A stretch of 64,000 bases of DNA from Candidatus Poseidoniaceae archaeon (GTDB lineage: Archaea > Thermoplasmatota > Poseidoniia > Poseidoniales > Poseidoniaceae): positions 32,001 to 96,000 of the forward strand of contig CBFIJH010000006.1 of assembly GCA_965662895.1 (NCBI GenBank), in the 5' to 3' direction. A program made the position numbers and the translations under genes. The notes beneath the pieces were generated by a model that was given only the letters and a program-made list of their open reading frames with translations, was not told the origin of the DNA and made no database searches. Positions within the stretch are counted from its first letter, which is position 1. Each line of letters begins with the position of its first letter. Shown here piece by piece: positions 58,001-64,000 of the stretch.

Positions 58001-59980
58001 ATTTTCTTCCATTGCATTCGCAACACGAATGGATGCAACCATACGACGCATGACCGTTACTTCGGCTTGTCTGAATCGGTAAATGCTCTGCTTCATGTCG
58101 CCGACTATGCAGATGGTTGGATCCCATGGACCGGCCGGTGCAGGATGCTCCTCTGAAATCCCCTCTCGACGACCCCAGAGCCGGGAAAGAAGACGTGCAT
58201 GCTCAGGGTTTGTATCCTGATATTCATCAATAATGAATGCTCGATATCGGGCTCGGATTTTTTTCAAAAGGGCGAAGCGGCGTTGCAAATCCTGATGTTT
58301 TTGTTCATCTCCTTGCAGAAGAGTTAGCGCCCTTCGTATGTGTTCATCTGACCAAGACTCGGCCCCGAGATCATCCAATGCTTGAACAGCTTCCGGAGGA
58401 TACCAATGCCGGACAATTGCGGGACACCGAACAAGCAACAAATCCCCTACCATCACTTGAACATCATCAAAATCATGCGCTTCCTCCTGAGACTTTAGAT
58501 GACGAAGCAGATCCTGACACCCAGAATGAACAGTGTACAAATCATTCAGTACGTCGACCTGAAGTTCTTTTGAAACACGCATCTTTGCTTGAGGGGGGTC
58601 TGTACCGAATTCAAGATTAAGGGGGCTTTGATCATAACGTTCATTGGCGTCTCTGTATAGGAAGGGTAGCGATGGATTTAGACTGTAAGCAACCTTGGAA
58701 AGCATGAAAACAAGTCGTCCGTCATCTGGGTTGTGGATTCTGTCCTGCAATCGTTGTGCTGCATTCGATGCAAGTGTTGAAATTTGAGATTTCAGGGTTT
58801 TGTCGTTCTTTCCTTTGAGCACCGAGGACCAAGTCATCAACCCTGCAGGCCAACCTGCCAGCGAATTGCTACGTGGAAAGTTTCCACCTTTGAGAAGAAT
58901 TGGCGTAACCTCGTTTAATTGGGAAAAGGAAGCGGCTGCGGATACAACTTGATACAGCCACTTGAGCCGTTCTATTGGGCCGTCTGGCAATGGCTCCCTT
59001 GCAAGATGGGCGAGTTGATTGAATCGCGTGTTGGTTGTTTCCACTTGTGCTGGTGCGACAAAGATGGAATGATATTGCAGAAAAATATCCGCCCATTCAT
59101 TGAGTATGGTTTGAACATCCTCAACCACTGGATCGATTCGATCTTGGCATTCCTGTAAAATCATATCTTCAATCAATCGATAATCTGGAGGCGTTCCACC
59201 GTCCCATGGTACGTTCAGGCGAATTGAACGTGATCGAAGACGACGCCTTGATTCCTCAACGAAAAGGGACGATTCAAGAAGGCCTTCCAACACGGTCTGA
59301 GCACTTTGTTGGCCACCGAGCCGGATGGCCAATCGGTTCCGGGCGGAGATGAAAGCATCAGCAGATTGAAGCATTCCAGCCTCAATTGCATCGCGTGCAT
59401 TACGAATCCTCCACGCTGCATTTAATGCCTGACTTCGAAGAAGTGGAGCCTTTTCTTCAGGCAATTGATCTCTGCTCAAATGAATAGCGACTGAATCGAT
59501 ATGCGGTGCTAGAATCTCAGAGAGAAAAGCGTCGATTGTTGAAATTGGTGCGGTCTCAAGCAGCGACATAAGCATCGAAACATCGCCTTGATGGCGAAGG
59601 CGAGGGTCATGAATTCCCATCCTATCATCTTCTTTGACCGGGTTTGCACGAAGTGACTGAATCCTTTGACGAATACGAGAACGTAACTCAGATGCAGCTT
59701 TACGAGTGAATGTAATTGCAACGATTTCTTGCGGCAAAAGGCCTTTCCACTCGTTCAATGGTGTCCGTTCACGCTTCGCAGCCATGACTTTCCCAGAGCC
59801 AAATGGCTCTTGCCGAATTGGAGGAGGCAGAACATATGTTGCTCGTTGTTCGGCAGAGAGGAGGTGTTGTACGTAACGTTCTGCCATGACAGTCGTTTTT
59901 CCAGTTCCTGCTCCAGCGTCCAAGGCTATATGCTGGTCGAGATTTAGTCCAAGACGTTGACTTCGGTTGAATGACATCAT
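55007..59980 (-). CDS. addA: AddA-like UvrD helicase with RecB/PD-(D/E)XK nuclease domain
   Basis: AGAGTGKT, AITFTRKAA, STIDAF, IDEYQDTN, VGDMKQSIYRFR, TNFR, MTIHGAKGLQ, YVALTR; nuclease GQADLV...VVDLKT...QLTLY. Confidence 0.9.
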   Translation of the reverse strand: MMSFNRSQRLGLNLDQHIALDAGAGTGKTTVMAERYVQHLLSAEQRATYVLPPPIRQEPFGSGKVMAAKRERTPLNEWKGLLPQEIVAITFTRKAASELRSRIRQRIQSLRANPVKEDDRMGIHDPRLRHQGDVSMLMSLLETAPISTIDAFLSEILAPHIDSVAIHLSRDQLPEEKAPLLRSQALNAAWRIRNARDAIEAGMLQSADAFISARNRLAIRLGGQQSAQTVLEGLLESSLFVEESRRRLRSRSIRLNVPWDGGTPPDYRLIEDMILQECQDRIDPVVEDVQTILNEWADIFLQYHSIFVAPAQVETTNTRFNQLAHLAREPLPDGPIERLKWLYQVVSAAASFSQLNEVTPILLKGGNFPRSNSLAGWPAGLMTWSSVLKGKNDKTLKSQISTLASNAAQRLQDRIHNPDDGRLVFMLSKVAYSLNPSLPFLYRDANERYDQSPLNLEFGTDPPQAKMRVSKELQVDVLNDLYTVHSGCQDLLRHLKSQEEAHDFDDVQVMVGDLLLVRCPAIVRHWYPPEAVQALDDLGAESWSDEHIRRALTLLQGDEQKHQDLQRRFALLKKIRARYRAFIIDEYQDTNPEHARLLSRLWGRREGISEEHPAPAGPWDPTICIVGDMKQSIYRFRQAEVTVMRRMVASIRVANAMEENESRLESFTREGFGRDPRPVGAGGESGSFIQASDYSREEQSAPWDFVSFGIDDAGLALHDDRAQERAEGHIQLRTNFRTAPGLLRTLNNMFDDTFDARHHQFPGDFHATAQPLEAGRETSRVGAIEWLLPTQGNAEVLPLDMLEGYNLYDARNANLRHLEHELIASRLDALVRGSPTRIWSAEEGEYVDVEPEDCVSPDDIMILVHSRKHIPDLVERLQSRGLPVMADKQGELLKQPVVQPLMAVLDLLAQPHSRHAAHSLLRSPIIGASSIQLEEIFEASDVENYFLHSAEYFASEPQGPLLTAFSKLVQHGAMYEVFDAVLDYSDLLIAFPDESERQVAEMWCALVQKIGSDTGHEPGAIREQMRAYSTLGNKGPQASSTPTSGAIQIMTIHGAKGLQAPVVVVTGLFEAGRRSSSIEAQNNVLITPDVIAGRIQPWKSKDKPEDALWMLAEQLNRAQNQAELRRQFYVALTRVKDRLIFVGSPNASCSIDENSMVTMKVKSKGNNMGDLMLDGFRYMGLCSGNEQVWSLENDVLGERLEEYGEQELKFNPFALFQTSGFMEGSLQQLRMYHHPDCFSTQTSTSVLSNWLAIEDQLAQSSVESEIEQQLVHQSPLLRMTAHGLDTANSCRRRYWLSHMRGWQSEPFQITGYSSPTHTEEEFKDRSGGEDLQQTSIGWPTATSFGSMFHRLVEIGLANPATIISEKFDLGPVWLNAQNNRLLSPEEIDDALHSQPEWHRLSYDEQKQTRERIIELAQRLTNGALGRMVDGKEVNGRQIEGLRTEASFFYDHDINFEGLLRTPLTQLNQSHLTLINSVKLLFEGQADLVLAGVEGGRSWLQVVDLKTSGARESQLETHPLAESLKEPLSFSPLNDAEHQMLRNHRLQLTLYSLVYRRQEERKPIDQRREIRPPALLIATTGRLVEMPEKLFVEAEKELLNLLDWMAKLTADPNGTVEPKRLPMEFIDTCKKCPFFKGDVRMCGPQGMELGINVEFSSQ

Positions 59981-62900
59981 TTCAACTCACCTCCAATCGA
60001 TGCTGATGGACATGCACTCTGAAGGGAACAGTAGGAGCAATGCGCCCCAGGTGTTGGATGGTTCCAGCCTAGTTCACTCGCTTTTTGCGCTCGAAGAGCA
60101 ACTGTAATCCGTGAGTTCAACCATGCTCGGAAACTGTTGCTTTCCGGACTTGCGTCTTCATTAGGAATGCGGAAATGGTTTGTCGAGTATGTGGTTGATC
60201 TCCCGATATTGAGGTGTGAGGTAAGGTGAAGGAAACTCGGATCGACCTCGACAAAGTGCACAGTATCATCCCCAACTTCTGAGATACCAACACCGATAAC
60301 CCGATCGCCAGGGTGTGCTATCTCCCAAGCACGAGCATACAAAGCAAGTTGGATTTCCTTGAAGAGACCAGAGACATGACGTGCTCCTGCATGACCAGGT
60401 TTTGGCCCCTCTATGGTTTTGATGTCTCGAATGATGATGAAGCGTTTTGCTGGGCCTTCTTTGCCGAAAAAAATCAACGGGATTGCCCCTGCATCTTCTG
60501 CAAACAGACCTTGTTGAGTCAGGTTTTCGATATCCTCTTCGGAAAAGACAAGGTGATCGACGCGATCGATACGGCCACGTACTCGTAACGTGGACAGTTC
60601 CATTGAGTCATTGAGTCCTTCAAGATCAACATGCAATTGACCTTCTCTCTGAAGAGCCCATTCACTAGCAATAGGAGCAGCCGATGTTAATTCAAGGTCG
60701 GCAAGAAGGAGGCGCCCTAACCGCCCACCAATCGGCAATTCCTGAGTACCCTCAATCCACGCATTCCACGCTTCTGGCGAGCATCCAATCAAATCGTTGC
60801 AGCGGTGAACAGAGACGGCATTGGTTCTTGCGAGCCACGGTGCAAGTTCTGACAACCGTTGCAAAACACTTCCCCATATCTCTTCAACAGAGCACTGTAT
60901 GCCAAGGTGCATTGGTGAACCAATCAAAAGCGGTTGGCCACCAACTTCGATTCCAAGCATCGTCAAAATGTGTTCTTCAATCGAGTGAACAAGCGTTCCT
61001 TTCGTTAATGGAGCGATGTCCTCAGAGGGCTCTGGCGACGATTCTGTAGCATGCAGCACTTGTTCTGTCCAAGCTTGACGAGGACAAATTAACCACGGAT
61101 TCAATCGACTCGTAGACCAAGTCTTTGCTTCCGAATCCTTGTGTTTCGTTGTAAGGATTGCATCCAACGAATCTGAATTGTATTGTGGTGGAGGAAGTGG
61201 CCTTGGGTCAATGGAGGGGCCTCGCGAAATTCCATTCCTTTTGAATCCAAGATGGGGGTAATCAGCTGCAGTTCTACCCCCAGCGACCTTCGCTTGAGAA
61301 ACCGTTGGTTGGACAATAACGCTCGTAGTCGTCAAGAGATTCTTTCTCAATGACCAATCCATTGTGCTCCCATTTTCCAGTGATTTGAACGTTGGCTGGC
61401 GTCGTAAACGATCGATGTGGATGTCCCGTTCGTATCGAGACGCGATTGCATTGGATGACTGAACAACCGCACTTGGTTGGCGGGTTGCTTTGAGTTCAAG
61501 CCCTGCTTGTTGCTGTTGGTCTCGTAGAGAATTCTCGGCTCGTTCAAGGGTCACCTCATGACCGTGAATAGCCAATGATGAGGTGCAATAGGTCACAACA
61601 TTGCCATCCTCTCGAGATATCATTGACCATCCAGCACCGTCCGAGAGGGAGGTTTCAATAAAGAATGGAGGACTCCTCAGTTGATTCAATTTACCATCCA
61701 GTTCCACAATCGAAAGATACTCTGCAAGCGGTGTTGAATTCCCCGTTGATTCATCGTATTCCGTTTCAAACAGGAGCGCTTGCGTGCTAGCATTGAGCAA
61801 GGATTTGAACAAATGGCGAGATCGTCGAATTGGGAGATCTCCGTCAGTCAAGCCAAGTTCAACTCGCACTGAATCGTCAACCCAAGGAATGCGATCTGGT
61901 TTCATCGACCAGGATTCTGAATCGAGACCAACAAACATTGTGATATCTGCTTTGGCTCCATAGGCCTCAAGAGGCGTGCAAACGAGGACATCGGAATGTT
62001 CAACCCGTGGCGTTGGTAACTTTGTTTCCTCAGCAGCGAGTCTGCACAAATCAGTGAAATTGACGCTCGAGTCATATTGAAGCAATGCATCGATTGTTTG
62101 GACCCAAGCTTGTATTGCTCCTACTGAAGCGTCGTATCTTTGGGTTCGGCCGAATAAACTCTCCCAATCGCATGCGCTCAGCATCAACGAAAGGACGTCC
62201 CTCGGAGACAAGGTTGCTCTCGGTAAAGGAAGATTTACGCTTGATGATGTCCCAATGAATTCTTTTTCGAGGTATGTTCGTTCATCGTCATTCAACAGTG
62301 CTGACCAAGAGATTGCGAGGCATTGGAACCACCATTGTGTTTCCTCCAGTTTTCTCATCTCTTCTTTTCGACGGTAGTCCTCCATCGAATATGGCTTTGC
62401 AGCAGACAATGAACCAAGCCATCGTTGCAGAGCACCTTTTCCACCGAGAACATGAAAACTCCGCCCGATGTTCTCAATCACATCCAAGTGAGGCCTGGGC
62501 CGCCAATCTTTATGGACGGGGTGTTCTAGTTCTGAAAACAGATTGTCCAAGATAGGGAATGCGCGTGATTGGACAATGTCAAACAACTTTGTAGCAGACC
62601 AAGCATCTTGGCCGTTGGAGATGGACAAGAAACGAAGAATCGCTTGAACGGCTGATGAACTGCCAACGACATCCACTTGGGTGTTGCATGTTATCCCAAT
62701 TTGATGCAATCGGCGAACCCAATCGGTATGTCTATGTTTATCTGCATCAACAAGTAAAACTGAGCCTGTTGAATGATTTTTGTACAGTTGTAAAGCCGAG
62801 ATCGCTGCATCCATCACTTGATTCGCTTGGTTGAAACTCAAAATATGAACGCCCTCTGTTGTGTAATCATTCAATTTCGATTGCCGATCGAAAATCTGGT

Positions 62901-63669
62901 GTTGAGGGACCCAGGTTGGCAGTTTTTCCTCGACCTCAATCGCTTTGATTTCATCATCGATGTACGCCCCGTGGAATCCGAGGCGGAAAGACCCAGAAAC
63001 GCATATGTGATGAAGCGGGCGGCGAGAAGACAGGGCTTTGAAAAACTGCTTTTCAAGTTCGGAAAAATCTGGTGGGTGATTGAGGAGAACGATTCCAGAA
63101 ATTGTACCAATCGTATACGGAACAGAGACTTCTGCATCCAACAGGTAGGAGGAAATCCGGGAGAGCACATGATGTTCATGAAGAAGACCTTCTTTTTGGA
63201 ATGTCGAGAGAATTCGCTCTGCTTCATACGCGCCGGGATCTTCCCCCCATTTCGAAAGAATTTGTTGGTTGGTCGCATATGAATGGAGTTTGAGTAAGCG
63301 TTCCGATTTTGAGACTGTCCATGGTCGAGTCGGATCAGGATGAAGACGAGGGAAACGATGTTGCAGTGCATTTGTTGCAAATTTATCATGAGCTTGGATA
63401 AGACCAACCGATGATTTTGGAACCACCACTGGAAATCGAAAATCAATGGCAAGGGATGTGACAAGACCTTGAAATGTTGTATGTCTGCTGGAATCTACTG
63501 TGCCAGTTTCTTGCAGAATGGATTGAATCGAATTCGTGCGGGTTCTTTCGTTTGGATAGATTACAAGGAGGTCATCGCGCCCATTTGCTATATCTGCAAG
63601 TAGCCATGGAGGGACAATAGTCTCTGGAGGGCATGGTTCAACTGTGATGTTCAATCTTTGACCCCCCAC
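59977..63669 (-). CDS. addB: AddB-like inactive-helicase protein with PD-(D/E)XK nuclease domain
   Basis: WSTSRL...CPRQ, GTLVH, RGRIDRVD, IRDIKT, QLALYA, CSYCSLQSAC; ATGA overlap with addA. Confidence 0.85.
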   Translation of the reverse strand: MGGQRLNITVEPCPPETIVPPWLLADIANGRDDLLVIYPNERTRTNSIQSILQETGTVDSSRHTTFQGLVTSLAIDFRFPVVVPKSSVGLIQAHDKFATNALQHRFPRLHPDPTRPWTVSKSERLLKLHSYATNQQILSKWGEDPGAYEAERILSTFQKEGLLHEHHVLSRISSYLLDAEVSVPYTIGTISGIVLLNHPPDFSELEKQFFKALSSRRPLHHICVSGSFRLGFHGAYIDDEIKAIEVEEKLPTWVPQHQIFDRQSKLNDYTTEGVHILSFNQANQVMDAAISALQLYKNHSTGSVLLVDADKHRHTDWVRRLHQIGITCNTQVDVVGSSSAVQAILRFLSISNGQDAWSATKLFDIVQSRAFPILDNLFSELEHPVHKDWRPRPHLDVIENIGRSFHVLGGKGALQRWLGSLSAAKPYSMEDYRRKEEMRKLEETQWWFQCLAISWSALLNDDERTYLEKEFIGTSSSVNLPLPRATLSPRDVLSLMLSACDWESLFGRTQRYDASVGAIQAWVQTIDALLQYDSSVNFTDLCRLAAEETKLPTPRVEHSDVLVCTPLEAYGAKADITMFVGLDSESWSMKPDRIPWVDDSVRVELGLTDGDLPIRRSRHLFKSLLNASTQALLFETEYDESTGNSTPLAEYLSIVELDGKLNQLRSPPFFIETSLSDGAGWSMISREDGNVVTYCTSSLAIHGHEVTLERAENSLRDQQQQAGLELKATRQPSAVVQSSNAIASRYERDIHIDRLRRQPTFKSLENGSTMDWSLRKNLLTTTSVIVQPTVSQAKVAGGRTAADYPHLGFKRNGISRGPSIDPRPLPPPQYNSDSLDAILTTKHKDSEAKTWSTSRLNPWLICPRQAWTEQVLHATESSPEPSEDIAPLTKGTLVHSIEEHILTMLGIEVGGQPLLIGSPMHLGIQCSVEEIWGSVLQRLSELAPWLARTNAVSVHRCNDLIGCSPEAWNAWIEGTQELPIGGRLGRLLLADLELTSAAPIASEWALQREGQLHVDLEGLNDSMELSTLRVRGRIDRVDHLVFSEEDIENLTQQGLFAEDAGAIPLIFFGKEGPAKRFIIIRDIKTIEGPKPGHAGARHVSGLFKEIQLALYARAWEIAHPGDRVIGVGISEVGDDTVHFVEVDPSFLHLTSHLNIGRSTTYSTNHFRIPNEDASPESNSFRAWLNSRITVALRAQKASELGWNHPTPGAHCSYCSLQSACPSASIGGELK

Positions 63670-63691
63670 TCCTTAGCAAAGTAGACGACCG

Positions 63692-63698
63692 TATAAAA
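63692..63698 (-). promoter_or_regulatory. TATA box for addBA (probably leaderless transcript)
   Basis: TTTTATA on the minus strand about 23 nt upstream of the GTG at 63669. Confidence 0.5.
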
Positions 63699-63953
63699 GC
63701 AAACGTGCGCGAGTTTTGTTATTTTTCTTGATCTCGTCATGAAGATAGATTGTTCTTGTCGGAATGCGGGGCAGAGCATTTCGAAACAAGAAACATTCTT
63801 GTTTTGCTCATATTCAATCATGAATGTCAAGATTTAAATAGTTTCCAAGGCATGTATATCCTCCGGCGTGTCTTTTTACCCCCTTAGGCTTCGAATAGTT
63901 TACGAGTGTAAATTGAATCATGTTGGATAAAAATGGAACATGGAGGAAGAAAA

Positions 63954-64000
63954 TTGACAGAAAAGTGTGATGAATGCGGAAGTTTTGACTTGAATACAGA
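63954..64000 (+). CDS. 5' end of a zinc-ribbon protein, probably transcription initiation factor IIB (partial)
   Basis: GGAGGA SD, then TTG ACA GAA AAG TGT GAT GAA TGC GGA AGT = MTEKCDECGSFDLNT, a TFB-like CxxCGS start; only 15 codons visible. Confidence 0.45.
   Translation, partial: MTEKCDECGSFDLNT

Noticed and set aside
59977-61150. Cas4-like nuclease (four Cys plus PD-(D/E)XK) suggesting CRISPR adaptation
   Set aside because: The domain is the C-terminus of an AddB-like subunit coupled to AddA; no cas1/cas2 or array is present.
1-64000. Visually frequent TCGA/ATCGAT words as a possible methylation or uptake signal
   Set aside because: Plausibly explained by codon usage (CGA, ATC GAT, CTC GA-); cannot be tested without a Markov-model count.

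Overview
64-kb, gene-dense archaeal chromosomal segment of roughly mid-40s % GC (estimated by eye). The gene set points to Marine Group II Thermoplasmatota (Ca. Poseidoniales); this assignment is inference. It includes RadA, an archaeal FtsZ, RaSEA, AK6-type adenylate kinase, archaeal initiator tRNA-Met, a probable TFB start, many bacterial-type enzymes and giant acidic surface proteins. About 50 CDS and 2 tRNAs are present; no rRNA, CRISPR array, integrase or transposase was seen. Most genes are housekeeping: pgk, icd, maeB, pyk, radA, ftsZ, ychF, psd, pip, pabC with a pabB/pabA fusion, and addAB. The most unusual item is a 653-aa membrane protein that aligns by eye with cbb3-type oxidase subunit I (CcoN), has lost all six heme/Cu histidines, is fused to a canonical EF-hand pair, and is coupled to a small 2-TM gene: a candidate Ca2+-regulated pseudo-oxidase system. 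Next is an ORF missing from the supplied track at the left edge (606..1, minus) with at least three tandem histone-fold-like units. Other notable items: a 1134-aa helical-scaffold PIN nuclease, an mPGES-2-like GST, an AddAB with Fe-S staple cysteines in both subunits, two giant FN3/propeller surface proteins, and a GC-rich secreted esterase between maeB and pyk. All family assignments come from motif recognition by eye, not database searches.
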